DNA of 59,771 bases, taken from positions 1 through 59,771 of IMG/VR virus record IMGVR_UViG_3300035093_000006, one strand, 5' to 3'. Shown here in pieces: positions 35,239 to 47,107 of the stretch. Made by a program: the position numbers and the translations under genes. The DNA is from a virus. Taxonomy: Duplodnaviria > Caudoviricetes. Each line of letters starts with the position of its first letter. Position 1 is the stretch's first letter. Below the pieces are notes generated by a model. The model did no database searches and was not told the origin of the DNA. It saw nothing but the letters and a program-made list of their open reading frames with translations.

Positions 35239-37481
35239 TGGCCCCCACCGCGCACCGAATCGCGTTCAACCCGAACGACCACGACCAGTCGCTGACCCTC
35301 TGGACCGACGGGACGATCCGCGCCCACGGCGGCGCGCTGAACCCGATGCTCGTCGACACGCCACCCTTCACCGCGTTCCCGGGAGACGACACCGGCCCGG
35401 TCGTCGCGTTCCAGGTGATCGACTGGAACGACCCGAGCGGGTACAGCCTCGACTTCTTCGGCGGTATCCACCCCTGGGGGCCGTCGGGTCAGATCCCCGC
35501 CGCACCGAGCCCTCCCCCGACCTACTACGGGCCGGGGCTGCCCCGCATCGTTGTCGATTTCTGGATGGACCCCTCCGGGTCGGGCGCGGGATACAACCTG
35601 CTCGTCACCGGCACCATCAACGCGGGGGGTGGCGCGCCGGCGCTCAGCCAGGGCGGCCCGGCACTCGACCCCGACATTGCGCGCCGGCTCGTCATGCGCC
35701 CCGGCGCGCTCGGCGCAGGTCGCGACTACTACGTCATGGACGCGTTCGGAGCCCGGCACAACCGCAACGGCGCGGTCGCGATCGGGGGCTCCCCCTACTT
35801 CCCGGGTGTCTCGATCGCGCGCGCGCTGGTCATCACCGACTGGGTCAACGGCGACGGGTACCTGATGGACGGGTACGGCAACGTCTACGCGCTCGGCGAC
35901 GCGCAACCGGCCCAGGGCGGCCAGGAGTGGCCGGGCTGGGACATCGCCCGCGACATGGCGGTGGTGGACAACGGCGACGACCCGCTCTTCCCGCTGCGCG
36001 TGTCGAAGCTCGACGGCAACGGCGGACGGAACATCTTCGTCGTGAGCAAGCCCCCGAACGTCATCGCGGGCGGGATCGGCAGCGCGTTCCCCGCCGACCC
36101 GACCACCACCACGACGCGTCCCCGGTTGACCTGGGCGTACAAGGACCCGGAGAACGACGCGCAACGCCGCTTCGAGTTCCTCGTCTTCGCCGAGTCCTAC
36201 GTCACAGCGAACTTCCAGAGCGAGGTGCAGACCCTCGTGCGCGACACCACCGACGCTGGAGGGACGTTCAAGCTCCGCTTCGGCGGCGCGCTCACCCCGG
36301 CCATCGCCCAGAACGCCAACGCCGCGACCGTCCAGGCCGCGCTCGACGCGCTCTGGGGCGTACCCGCGGGCGCGATCGTCGCGTCGGGGACCCTGTCGGG
36401 CACGAACACGATGACCCTCACCTACAACGGCCACGTCCGCGTGAACCGGGTCCGCCAACCGGTGATCGTCCCCCAGAACATGACGGGCGGTACCCGGATC
36501 ATCGCGACCCGCACCCAGGCCGGCACCGACCCGTGGGCGCACCGGGACAACGCGATCATGGACCGGGTCGGCAACGAGTCGGACCGGCGCTTCTACGACC
36601 CGACCTTCGACCTCGCCAACGGCGGGTACCGCATGGTGATCCGGGTCAAGGACACGAGCGACCAGTGGTCCCCGACCTCGGGCCACGTCTGGCTCCAGTC
36701 CGTCACCCGCCCCACCGCGCCCACCCTCACCGCGACCGACATGGGCGGGGCCGGCGGGATCGAGCTCGCGATCGGCTACGGCTCCCCACCCGCCAACTCG
36801 CAGCTCCTGGTCGAGTTCTCCGACGACGCGGGCGTGACATGGGAGGAGATCCGCTACTTCGATCCGGTCACCCTCGAGCCCCCGACCGTCGCCCTCCCCA
36901 CCGCGCTGATCGACACCGAGGCACCGTTCCACCGTCTGCGGTCGTACCGGGCGTTCACCTACATCGCCGACCCGTTCCTCGCGTCGAACCCGAGCACCAC
37001 CGCAACCGCGACGCTCAGCGCGGGCACTCCGCCGGTCGCGTACCTGCTCCACCCGATCGACCGGCCCGACCTGGTCATGGAGATCGACGCGGTCCCGCCC
37101 TACGACTTCTCCCGCGGCGCGGGTGGCGGGAGCTTCCAGGGTGCGGGCCAGCGGTTCCCGGTCAACGTCCGCGACGGCGCACCGCGAGGACCGAAGGGGC
37201 CGCTGAAGGTCCGGCTCGACGGGGAGGTCGTGATCGAGGCGTTCGACGCGGTCATCGCTACCGCGCAGACGTTGCTCTGTCGGGACACGCACGGTCGGGT
37301 GACGTACTTCTCGATCATGGGTGACATCGACTACACCCAGCCGCTCGCGCCCGCGCCCGCCTCCGAGCAGGCCAACGGTCACCCGGTGCGCTACTGGTAT
37401 GACCCGGTGACGATCCCCTACGTCTCCGAGGCCCGCCCGCCGTCGGTGCTGCCCGCTCCGTTCGTGACCCCGGCCGTCTAG
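35238..37481 (+). CDS. Minor tail (distal-tail-like) protein with propeller-type repeats, FN3-like segments and an EVQ insert
   Basis: Repeats GY.LD.FGGIHPWG / YFPGVSIARAL / GY.MDGYGNVYALG / WPGWDIARDM; TTRPRLTWAYKDPENDAQ; first gene after the tape measure. Confidence 0.75.
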   Translation: MAPTAHRIAFNPNDHDQSLTLWTDGTIRAHGGALNPMLVDTPPFTAFPGDDTGPVVAFQVIDWNDPSGYSLDFFGGIHPWGPSGQIPAAPSPPPTYYGPGLPRIVVDFWMDPSGSGAGYNLLVTGTINAGGGAPALSQGGPALDPDIARRLVMRPGALGAGRDYYVMDAFGARHNRNGAVAIGGSPYFPGVSIARALVITDWVNGDGYLMDGYGNVYALGDAQPAQGGQEWPGWDIARDMAVVDNGDDPLFPLRVSKLDGNGGRNIFVVSKPPNVIAGGIGSAFPADPTTTTTRPRLTWAYKDPENDAQRRFEFLVFAESYVTANFQSEVQTLVRDTTDAGGTFKLRFGGALTPAIAQNANAATVQAALDALWGVPAGAIVASGTLSGTNTMTLTYNGHVRVNRVRQPVIVPQNMTGGTRIIATRTQAGTDPWAHRDNAIMDRVGNESDRRFYDPTFDLANGGYRMVIRVKDTSDQWSPTSGHVWLQSVTRPTAPTLTATDMGGAGGIELAIGYGSPPANSQLLVEFSDDAGVTWEEIRYFDPVTLEPPTVALPTALIDTEAPFHRLRSYRAFTYIADPFLASNPSTTATATLSAGTPPVAYLLHPIDRPDLVMEIDAVPPYDFSRGAGGGSFQGAGQRFPVNVRDGAPRGPKGPLKVRLDGEVVIEAFDAVIATAQTLLCRDTHGRVTYFSIMGDIDYTQPLAPAPASEQANGHPVRYWYDPVTIPYVSEARPPSVLPAPFVTPAV

Positions 37482-38678
37482 ATGTACGCCACGAGTTCTC
37501 GCTTCCTCCAGGAGCCGAAGCGGTCCCACACCGCGCTCACCTACTGCGAGGTCTGGGAAGCGGGAGCCCGCGTCCGTGGCCGCGCCGGCCAGCCCCTCAC
37601 GATCTACCCGGTCGCCGGGTCGATCACCGTCGAAGCGACCGCGCCGATCCGCCGTTCGATCAACGTCGACTTCGGACCGCGCGCCGAGGACGCGACGGAC
37701 CTGATCCCCGACGACAACGGCAACGGCCCGATCGGCCCCTACGGCACCGAACTCCGCGTGTACCGCGGGTTCGTCTACCCGACCGTGAACGCCGAGACGG
37801 GCTCCGCCACCGAGGTCGTCCCGATCGGCGCGTTCCGGCTCACGAAGCCGGTCATCGGCGAACGAGACGGCGCCATGACGATCCGTTGCCGGGGCTTCGA
37901 CTTCGCCTGGCTGCTCCAAACCCCGCTGCGCGTCCCGCACATCATCCCCGCCGGCACCGAGGTCGGCGCCGCGTTCCGCTCGCTCGTGAACGCGAAGGCG
38001 CCGTTCCTGCGGGTGGAGGCGACCGAGACGCGCTTCACCGTCCCCTCCGACGTGGTGGTCGGCCGGGACAACGACCCGTGGGAGATCGCCCGCGAGCTCG
38101 CCGCGTCCGCGGGGTGCAACGCGTACGCGGACGTGGAAGGCCGCATCGTCATGGCGCCCACGAGCCTGAAGGTGTCGCGCCAGTACGTCTGGGATTTCAA
38201 CGCCGACGCACCGCCCGAGGACCCGAGCGTGCCGGTCATCGACCTCGAGCGTTCCTACGACAACGACCGCTCCCCGAACGTCTGGACCGTGATCGGCAAC
38301 AACGGGGGCGCAGCCGGGGACGTGGAAGCCACCGCAGTGGATGACGACCCGCACTCCCCGACGTTCGTGGGCGGCAAGTACGGGGAGGTCACCGAGCAGG
38401 TCCGCACTGAGCTGGTCCGCACGAACGACCAGGCCGACGAGATGGCCCACGCCTTGTTGGCGAACTCGATCGGCGCGCACGAGCAACTGCGTCTCTCGTC
38501 GGTGCCGATCCCGAACCTCGCCGAGTGGGACCCTGTCCGGGTGACGCGTGCGGCGCTCGGGGTGAACGGGCGCATCGCGGTGATCGACACCATGAGCATC
38601 CCGTTGACCGCCGAGGAGACGATGGGCCTCTCGCTGCGGCGGATGCCCCTCACTGACATCGGACTGCCGACCGAATGA
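37482..38678 (+). CDS. Minor tail/baseplate hub protein (DUF5047-like)
   Basis: GSITV.ATAPIRRS..PYGTELRVYRG..EVVPIG.FR..YAD.EG..N...V.G..YGEV. Confidence 0.8.
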   Translation: MYATSSRFLQEPKRSHTALTYCEVWEAGARVRGRAGQPLTIYPVAGSITVEATAPIRRSINVDFGPRAEDATDLIPDDNGNGPIGPYGTELRVYRGFVYPTVNAETGSATEVVPIGAFRLTKPVIGERDGAMTIRCRGFDFAWLLQTPLRVPHIIPAGTEVGAAFRSLVNAKAPFLRVEATETRFTVPSDVVVGRDNDPWEIARELAASAGCNAYADVEGRIVMAPTSLKVSRQYVWDFNADAPPEDPSVPVIDLERSYDNDRSPNVWTVIGNNGGAAGDVEATAVDDDPHSPTFVGGKYGEVTEQVRTELVRTNDQADEMAHALLANSIGAHEQLRLSSVPIPNLAEWDPVRVTRAALGVNGRIAVIDTMSIPLTAEETMGLSLRRMPLTDIGLPTE

Positions 38679-41600
38679 CCGACCTCGCCACCGTCCAGGC
38701 CGCTTCGGATCTCGCGAGAGCGATCACCCGCCAGTCTCGCGACAAGCGGCAGCCGATCGTCTACCTCCAGGTGCTCGCGGTCAACGCGACGACGAAGACG
38801 GTCACGGTCAACTTCGACGGTCAGCCGTACACCGTCCCGGCCGACCAGTGCTTCGGGGGTGTCCCGTCCCCGGGCGACGTGGTCGCGGTCCACGTCAACG
38901 GCACCGAGCTGAACATCCTCTCGGTCCCGGGCTGGGCGCGCGTCGGCGTCGGCGCGGCGTGGCGCGACCCGAACGTGGCGTGGCGCTCCCCGACCGTCGC
39001 GTGGCGCGCCGGCGGTACCCCGTACGCCCTGTTCACCGACATGGTGCGCCGCATCGCCGAGGCACTGCTGCGCGCGGGGATCTACACGAACGAGAAGATG
39101 GCCGAAGCCATCTACACCTCGGCGCTCTACACGAACCAGAAGTTCGCCGAGGCGCTGCTCACCGCGGCGACCTACACCAACGACAAGTTCGCCGAAGCCC
39201 TCACGCTCGCGGCGATCTATGCGAACGAGCAGGACGCGATCATGCTCCTGCGCGCGGCGCTCTACACGAACGACCGGATCGCGGCGCTCGACAACGAGAC
39301 GTTGACGATCGACTTCACCACCGACCCCGGACTGTTCGGGCCGCACGTCCTCACTCGACCGGACGGACAGTCTGACCACGACCTGTCGATCGTCGCGGGC
39401 CGGCAGCGGTTCACGGTCGACGCCTCGCACAACGGCAACCTCCGCGAAATCTGGGGTATCCCGGGCACGGGGAAGATCACCGACAGCGAGATGAGAGCGA
39501 CGTGGTTCGACGCGTCCGCCGACCTCTCGGACGCGAACGCGGACTGGCAACCTGGCAACGCGCACCGCCTCACGTACACGAGACAGGACTTCGCGACCGG
39601 CCCGAACGCGACGAGCGGCACGACGACGACGCTCACCGACACGACCCGGACGTGGAACGTGAACGCGTTCGTTGGCGCACTCGGCGACCCGTTCCTGTTC
39701 GAGTGGTACGTCACGGTCACCGCGGGGACCGGCGCCGGGCAGACCCGCCGCATCCGAAGCAACACCGCGAGCACGTTGACCGTCACGCCCGCCTGGACGA
39801 CCGCGCCGGACGCGACCTCCGAGTACGACATCTGGAGTTGGGAAAACCGCGCGATCGTGTGGTCGCTCAACGTCTTCTTCAACGCGCACTTCATCATCAA
39901 CTGCCATGTGTGGGACACGTCGGACCTCACGCAACTCAACACGCCTGGGGTCGGCGACTTCGACGCGTATCTGAGACCCGGCGGGGTGTACCGGCAGTTC
40001 CCGTGGCATGTGAAGTCCCGCGTCGTGGGGATGCAATCCGACTTCGCGATCTGGGTGGACGGCGACCCGGAACCCGCGTACGGGACACCGGGGCAATCGG
40101 CGAGCGTGACGATCCCGGCCGGTTACGAGGGTCCGGGCGAGTGCGGCGTCTACATGGCCCACATCCCGCAGAGCGGATGGCTCGAGGTCGATGACGTAAC
40201 GATCACCTGGCCGAAACCCAAGCGGGACGGCTTCCAGATCATCAACCCCGCATTCGGCGAAGAGGTCATCATCGATCGCTCGCTCGGTTCCACGGTGATG
40301 ATCCTGCTCACCGACTCGTGCGCGATCGGCGATCCGATCCCGGCGACTGACCCGACCGAAGCACCCGAGCTGAACATCGTGTTCGTTCAGGACGAGCAGG
40401 GGCTGAACGGCGTGATCTGGGGGCCGATGTGGGAACACAACAAGTCGAGCCCGCTGGTGGACACCGCGCCGGGCTCAGTCACGACGATGACGTTCCGTCA
40501 CGCCGGGCTCGCCTGGCTGCGCTGGGATTCGACCGACACCGAGGAGGCAACTTCTCGACCCGCTCTCAGTTGCACGTTCCTGCCGGACTTCTCCGACGGG
40601 CGCGCATCGTGGAACTGCATCGGCAACTATGGGCAGGACGACGCCACCCTCGGCCCGGATTACGGCGATGCGCGCCAGCTCAAGATCTGGCATCGCGCAG
40701 GCGACTTCTTCGGTACGGGAGCCGGCGACTACGACATCGACCACCGGGCCGTCATCGCGTACAGAGAGAACACGTTCGGGCCGTTCACCGCGTGGTGGCC
40801 GATGAAGTCCGACGCCTGGTACAACGAGATGGGCAGCTCGGGTTACAACCCTGAGACGAACCTGCTCGGCGAGCGGATCTGGCGGGTCGGTGCCGCCGCG
40901 GCCGGACCGGACGCTCACAACGGGTGGGCGATCGCGTGTAGTACCGACGGGTTTGTCTGGGTGTGCGGCAACCACCACTCCGATCCCCTGCACTTCATCC
41001 GTTCCGCGATTCCCCTCGACGAGTGGGACACCGAAGGGATGGTCGACCCCGGTTGGGTCGCGCCGGGGCTCATCGCCGCGCGTGGCGCGGGTGGCGTCCG
41101 CCCATCGCAGGCCGCGCTCACTGCTGCACACGAGTGGGAGGTCTCGTACCCGGCGTTCGTGCGCCTGCGGAAGCCGCCCTACACGCTGCTGCTCTTCTAC
41201 CGGTCGGGCTACTCCGGCAACGGGTACGGCTACGTCTGTGACCGCTACGTGCCGAGCGGCACGCCCGGTGTCGCGGGGACGTGGGAGCGGGTCGGGAAGG
41301 GTGCCTCGACGCTCTTCGTAGAGACCGTCCGCGACCTCACATTCCCGTGGGACCCGAACATTCACTCCTGGTATCCGCACCAGTTCCTCGCGCTCCCGTC
41401 CGAGGACTCGGTCTACATGGCGGGCACCTGGCGGTACGGGAACACCAACGGCGCGGGCGCGTCGAACGACAACCGGCACTTCGACTTCGCCAAACTCACG
41501 AACCTCGACGGCCCCGGCCCGATGAGCGCCGAGAAGATGGACGGCACCCCCATCGGCGGCAACGCGTTAACGGTCACCAACATGGAGCGCATCCGCGCAA

Positions 41601-42889
41601 CCGGCCAGTACGCGATGAGCAACAGCGGCGCCGGCACGATCGACCACCTCAGCCGACCGCACTGGATGATGCACGCGATCCCCGACGGCATCCCGACGCC
41701 CTACGGTGCCCAGTCGCACCAGATCGCAGACATCCACTGGGACGGGTCCACCTGGCGTACCGACCTCGTGACTCGTACTCCGAACCGGATCCAAGGGATG
41801 GGCTCCGACGAGCAGACGTTCACGAGCGGTGGAGAGGCGGGCGGGATCGTCACTCTCAACATGGCGCCGCACCCGTTCGTCGTCGGCAACAAGGTCATCG
41901 TCAAGTCAAGTACCAATACGGCGTTCAACACCCCCACCGCCGAGCGCGTCGAGCTGATCTCCGTCACGCCGACCCAGGTCCAGTACGCCGCACCGGTGAA
42001 CCTCGATGGCACCGGCGCCATCACGGGCGGCGGCAGCATCACTCGCTCGGACGGCTGGATGTATCTGCGGACCGCGATGTTCGCGGTCGGTGGCCGGATC
42101 TACATCACGTACATAACGCCGTTGGCAGGCAAAGCCGAGACGTTGCGGCTCCTTGACATCACCGACCCGGACAACACATTCGAGACTGTGCTCATGCACG
42201 ACGTGCCGTTTGGTGAACATGAGCTTGACTCGCGCTCGTTGTATGAACGTGGCGAAGTCCACATCGGCATCCACCCGTCGGGCGGCGGATACGCTGACGC
42301 CTGGAACTTCCAAGCCGCCACGATGCTCTCCATCGACACGAAGCAGATAGACAAGCTCATGTCGGGCGGAGGCGCGGTACCAAAGATGCGTGTGATCGGC
42401 ACCGCGCGCCTCGACGTCACGAGCCCGAACTACATCACGAACGTCGGGGTCCGTCAGCGCGGGACACGCAAGCAACAGATCCTCGGACCTGTACCCATCC
42501 ACAAGGAGTACGCCGGGCGGCTCGTGTTCGCCCGGCTCCGCGCGCAGATTCAGAACCTCAACGGTTCGTACCGAGGTCGGATGCGTTGCGCGTACCTGTT
42601 CGGCGGGTACACGAACGACGCCCCGTACAACTTTCTTGGTCCGTCGACCATCACGAACCTCGGCACGACCGAGTTTCAACCGATGTCCACCCCCTGGGTG
42701 CCGATCCCTCACACGGCGCTCTTCGACGGTTCGCTCGCCGAGGACGCGAACGGTCTAGTGATCGGCACGCTCTACATGCACGACGCGGACGAGGACCGCA
42801 CCTGTATCGCCCGTGTCGCGACACTGGAACTCGCGGTGTACGACAACGTCACGGGCACAGTGGCCGAGTATGTCGGGAGGGTCGAGTGA
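38675..42889 (+). CDS. Large tail spike/fibre protein with coiled-coil repeats and BNR_4-like beta-propeller
   Basis: AEA...A.YTN.K repeats (about 39055-39290); AGTGAGQTRRI.SNT domain; DAHN..DG..WV.GNHHS.PL..RS and SYP.F..LLFYRSG.SGNG. Confidence 0.7.
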   Translation: MTDLATVQAASDLARAITRQSRDKRQPIVYLQVLAVNATTKTVTVNFDGQPYTVPADQCFGGVPSPGDVVAVHVNGTELNILSVPGWARVGVGAAWRDPNVAWRSPTVAWRAGGTPYALFTDMVRRIAEALLRAGIYTNEKMAEAIYTSALYTNQKFAEALLTAATYTNDKFAEALTLAAIYANEQDAIMLLRAALYTNDRIAALDNETLTIDFTTDPGLFGPHVLTRPDGQSDHDLSIVAGRQRFTVDASHNGNLREIWGIPGTGKITDSEMRATWFDASADLSDANADWQPGNAHRLTYTRQDFATGPNATSGTTTTLTDTTRTWNVNAFVGALGDPFLFEWYVTVTAGTGAGQTRRIRSNTASTLTVTPAWTTAPDATSEYDIWSWENRAIVWSLNVFFNAHFIINCHVWDTSDLTQLNTPGVGDFDAYLRPGGVYRQFPWHVKSRVVGMQSDFAIWVDGDPEPAYGTPGQSASVTIPAGYEGPGECGVYMAHIPQSGWLEVDDVTITWPKPKRDGFQIINPAFGEEVIIDRSLGSTVMILLTDSCAIGDPIPATDPTEAPELNIVFVQDEQGLNGVIWGPMWEHNKSSPLVDTAPGSVTTMTFRHAGLAWLRWDSTDTEEATSRPALSCTFLPDFSDGRASWNCIGNYGQDDATLGPDYGDARQLKIWHRAGDFFGTGAGDYDIDHRAVIAYRENTFGPFTAWWPMKSDAWYNEMGSSGYNPETNLLGERIWRVGAAAAGPDAHNGWAIACSTDGFVWVCGNHHSDPLHFIRSAIPLDEWDTEGMVDPGWVAPGLIAARGAGGVRPSQAALTAAHEWEVSYPAFVRLRKPPYTLLLFYRSGYSGNGYGYVCDRYVPSGTPGVAGTWERVGKGASTLFVETVRDLTFPWDPNIHSWYPHQFLALPSEDSVYMAGTWRYGNTNGAGASNDNRHFDFAKLTNLDGPGPMSAEKMDGTPIGGNALTVTNMERIRATGQYAMSNSGAGTIDHLSRPHWMMHAIPDGIPTPYGAQSHQIADIHWDGSTWRTDLVTRTPNRIQGMGSDEQTFTSGGEAGGIVTLNMAPHPFVVGNKVIVKSSTNTAFNTPTAERVELISVTPTQVQYAAPVNLDGTGAITGGGSITRSDGWMYLRTAMFAVGGRIYITYITPLAGKAETLRLLDITDPDNTFETVLMHDVPFGEHELDSRSLYERGEVHIGIHPSGGGYADAWNFQAATMLSIDTKQIDKLMSGGGAVPKMRVIGTARLDVTSPNYITNVGVRQRGTRKQQILGPVPIHKEYAGRLVFARLRAQIQNLNGSYRGRMRCAYLFGGYTNDAPYNFLGPSTITNLGTTEFQPMSTPWVPIPHTALFDGSLAEDANGLVIGTLYMHDADEDRTCIARVATLELAVYDNVTGTVAEYVGRVE

Positions 42890-44235
42890 CGTTCTCGGAG
42901 GAATGGTGGGGGACGAAGGGCATCGGCGGCGCGCAGCGTGACGTCGACCAGTTTGTCGCCGGGACAGTCCTGCACTACTTCGGCGCGAACCACGGCCTCG
43001 CCCTCCGCAACGACAAGCGCGACATCGCAACGACGACCGCGGGTGCGGGTTCACCCACGTCGCTGTACCCGAACCGCGTCGCGCTGATCCACCACCTCGA
43101 AGCGCGCATCCGCGCCGCGGCGCGAACTGCTGAATACCAGCTCGGCATGGTCATCGGCGGGATGAGCGAGGGATCACCGTGGAACCCGAACGTCGACCGC
43201 GGCCACGTCGTACTGGACTGGATGACCCCCAACATCGCGGAGTACGGCGACCCCGGCGGCTTCTCCGACCCGAACTCCTACGCATTCAACGGCTACGTCG
43301 AATGCCTCCTCTCGGCCGCCCGCTGGCTGCTCGCCGCGCCCGGCGGGGTGAACCTCGGCATCCACGACATCACCGCGGGAACCTCAGGCGTCTGGACTCC
43401 CGTGCCTGCCTCGATCGCGAACCGTGGCTCCTACCGCGGCGGCGCGCTCCAGACGATCGCGGCCGGCGCGTATCGCGACATCAACTTCGCCGACGATGCG
43501 CTGCTCCTCTGGAACCGCCGCTACCGGACCGGCTACACGACCATCGGCGGCGAGCTCGAGGTGGTCTACGACCCGGCCTCGCCGGGTAACCCGGCTACCG
43601 GCAACGAGCAGGTCATCAAGCGAATCCCGTGCCACTCCAACCCGGTTGCCGGTCCGATCCCGGGCTGGCCCACTGGCATCCCCGGCGGGTTCTTCGCCAA
43701 CACGACGGGGACGTTCTATAACCAGACCGTCTCGCCACTCGACTATTACCTGCACTCCACGCACCTGACGAGCGCCGACGTGGCCGCGGTGTTCCCCGGT
43801 CAAGGATTCGCGCCGTCCGGCAATGTGGTGCGGGTCCGCAAGCGCGCGGGTGATGTGCAGCCGGTTGTCCTCGAAGCGTGGGCGACTCCCGGGCCGTCCA
43901 CGTCAGCGCCGTTCACCGCGCCCCCGCGCCTGTACCTGATGCAGTCCGGCTACCTCTCCGACGACAGCCCCCAACCGCTCCCCGCGCCGACCCGGATGCA
44001 CGACGCCTACGACGCGTACCGGGCCGCGCAGTCGGTGGTCGCGACCCGACCCGAGTTCACCCCACTGCGCCCCTCCACGATCGACCTGCCCGACTGGCTC
44101 CCGAACCAGATGATCGACAACAACCCGCCCTACATCCAGTGGGCCGACCGGGGCCACGAGTACGCGGCCGAGCAGCTCGGCGCGAATCTCCACTGGCGGA
44201 CCAACACCTGGGATCGCGGAGTGCAAGTCCTATGA
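42886..44235 (+). CDS. Tail-associated protein, possible SGNH-like fold
   Basis: Within the tail module; FGANH and terminal WADRGHEYAAE segments; fold call is weak. Confidence 0.5.
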   Translation: MTFSEEWWGTKGIGGAQRDVDQFVAGTVLHYFGANHGLALRNDKRDIATTTAGAGSPTSLYPNRVALIHHLEARIRAAARTAEYQLGMVIGGMSEGSPWNPNVDRGHVVLDWMTPNIAEYGDPGGFSDPNSYAFNGYVECLLSAARWLLAAPGGVNLGIHDITAGTSGVWTPVPASIANRGSYRGGALQTIAAGAYRDINFADDALLLWNRRYRTGYTTIGGELEVVYDPASPGNPATGNEQVIKRIPCHSNPVAGPIPGWPTGIPGGFFANTTGTFYNQTVSPLDYYLHSTHLTSADVAAVFPGQGFAPSGNVVRVRKRAGDVQPVVLEAWATPGPSTSAPFTAPPRLYLMQSGYLSDDSPQPLPAPTRMHDAYDAYRAAQSVVATRPEFTPLRPSTIDLPDWLPNQMIDNNPPYIQWADRGHEYAAEQLGANLHWRTNTWDRGVQVL

Positions 44236-45191
44236 GGACCCCCTACGACCTGCCCGGCGCCTACTCCGAAGCGACCATCTTCACGATCGCGAACGGGCTC
44301 ACCGAGTGGGCGCGCCCCGATTGTCAGTTCGTGCGGTTCCAGGCCATCGCCGGTGGGGGAGCGGGGGCGTCAGGTGGCGCGAGCGCGGCGAGCACGACCC
44401 GGGGCGGTGGGGGGGGCGGCGGCGCGGGGTCGATCGCGGACCTCTGGCTGCCCGCCTCCTACGTCGACCCGCTCCTGACGGTCGCGGTCGGTCCAGGCGG
44501 GGTCGGGCCGGCCGGCATCAGCGGGATCGGGGTGAGCGGGTTCGGCACCGACGGCCCGAACGGGACCGCGACGCGCTGCACCGGAACGGCGACGGGCCTC
44601 ATCTTCTGCCGCACCGCGGGAGGGATCGGCGGACGGGCCGGGACCGGCACCGCGGGCGGGCTCGGCGGGAACCTCTACTCGACCAGCGCGGGCGGGGCGT
44701 CGGGGCTCGATGCCGATGACCGGCCTTGGGGACCCGTCCCCGCGGGCGGCAACGGGGGGTTCGGCTCGACGCTCGCGCAGCGGGGCCGCGCCTACCTCTG
44801 GGGTCCGGGTTCGGGTGGGGGCGGGGGCGGTCACCTGGCGCCGGGCGGGTTCAGCGCGGCCAGCGCGGGCGGCAACGGCAACGTCGGGGCGGCGACCTCG
44901 ATCGGCCTCGGCCTCGCTGCGGCGCTCGGCGGGGCCGTCGACGGCGCGGACGGCCAGAACGGCATCAGCATCGGGACGTGGCTCGGCATCATCGACGTCT
45001 GCCTCGGCGGTCACGGTGGCGGTGGTGGTGCGGCCTCGCACGTCGGGGGGACCGACGCCGGCGACGGGGGCGACGGCGGACTCTTCGGCGCCGGTGCTGG
45101 CGGTGGGGGCTGGCACGACATGGGCTCAGCGTCGTCGGGCAAGGGCGGCGACGGGGCCGACGGCATCATGGTCATCACCGCGATCGGGTAG
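44232..45191 (+). CDS. Glycine-rich tail fibre-like protein
   Basis: W.RP....VRF.AI.GGG.G..GGGGG.G..V.VG.GG..GG.G.DG...IT. Confidence 0.8.
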   Translation: MRTPYDLPGAYSEATIFTIANGLTEWARPDCQFVRFQAIAGGGAGASGGASAASTTRGGGGGGGAGSIADLWLPASYVDPLLTVAVGPGGVGPAGISGIGVSGFGTDGPNGTATRCTGTATGLIFCRTAGGIGGRAGTGTAGGLGGNLYSTSAGGASGLDADDRPWGPVPAGGNGGFGSTLAQRGRAYLWGPGSGGGGGGHLAPGGFSAASAGGNGNVGAATSIGLGLAAALGGAVDGADGQNGISIGTWLGIIDVCLGGHGGGGGAASHVGGTDAGDGGDGGLFGAGAGGGGWHDMGSASSGKGGDGADGIMVITAIG

Positions 45192-45216
45192 CCGCGCTTC
45201 TACGATCGGAACCCTC

Positions 45217-45608
45217 ATGGCCCCTCAGCTCATCGACATTCCCGCGCTGCTCGTCGCGAACGGGCGACCCGCGAACGAGAAGAACTTCTACCGCGGTGAC
45301 GGTGGGGACCGCTGGTATCTGAGCCTCGGGTTCACCCGCGACGTTTCGCAGTACGACTTCAAGATGCGGGTCCGCCACAACGACGACCTGCTCTTCGTCG
45401 CGACGATCGGCGGGTCGGACGGCGCCTACATCGACATGACCAACGCGGCAGTCGATCCCGCCTTCGAGATCGTGATTGTCGTGGAAGCGGCAGTGGTCGC
45501 GGAGATCGCCGACCACGAGGTCTCCTGCACCCTAGAGGCGGACCTCGACCAAACGTGGCTGACTTGGGTGCTACCGGTGGAGGGGCCGTTCAACCAGGTG
45601 GGCTCGGA

Positions 45609-45612
<4 letters not shown>
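45217..45612 (+). CDS. Small tail/baseplate adaptor-like protein
   Basis: FYRGD..., beta-rich 131 aa preceding the collagen fibre. Confidence 0.55.
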
Positions 45613-46993
<1,381 letters not shown>

Positions 46994-46997
<4 letters not shown>

Positions 46998-47107
46998 CCC
47001 CCGGCCCACGATCCCGGCGCCAACAAGATCACCGCGCTCGCGATCGCGAGTACCACGCCGACTATCAGCCACTCGCCCCAACCCGGCCACTCGCTGCTCG
47101 GCTCCAT
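46994..47107 (-). CDS. Small membrane peptide
   Basis: [32 protein letters not shown]; coupled to the SGNH gene stop. Confidence 0.5.

Noticed and set aside
35205-38486. 1093-aa ORF on the - strand (also 38255-40438, 31159-32637, 9108-10085, 12491-13444 and 18583-19572)
   Set aside because: These are antisense shadows of clear + strand genes. High-GC codon bias removes stops in the mirror frame, and the translations are R/V/G/D-rich with no motifs.
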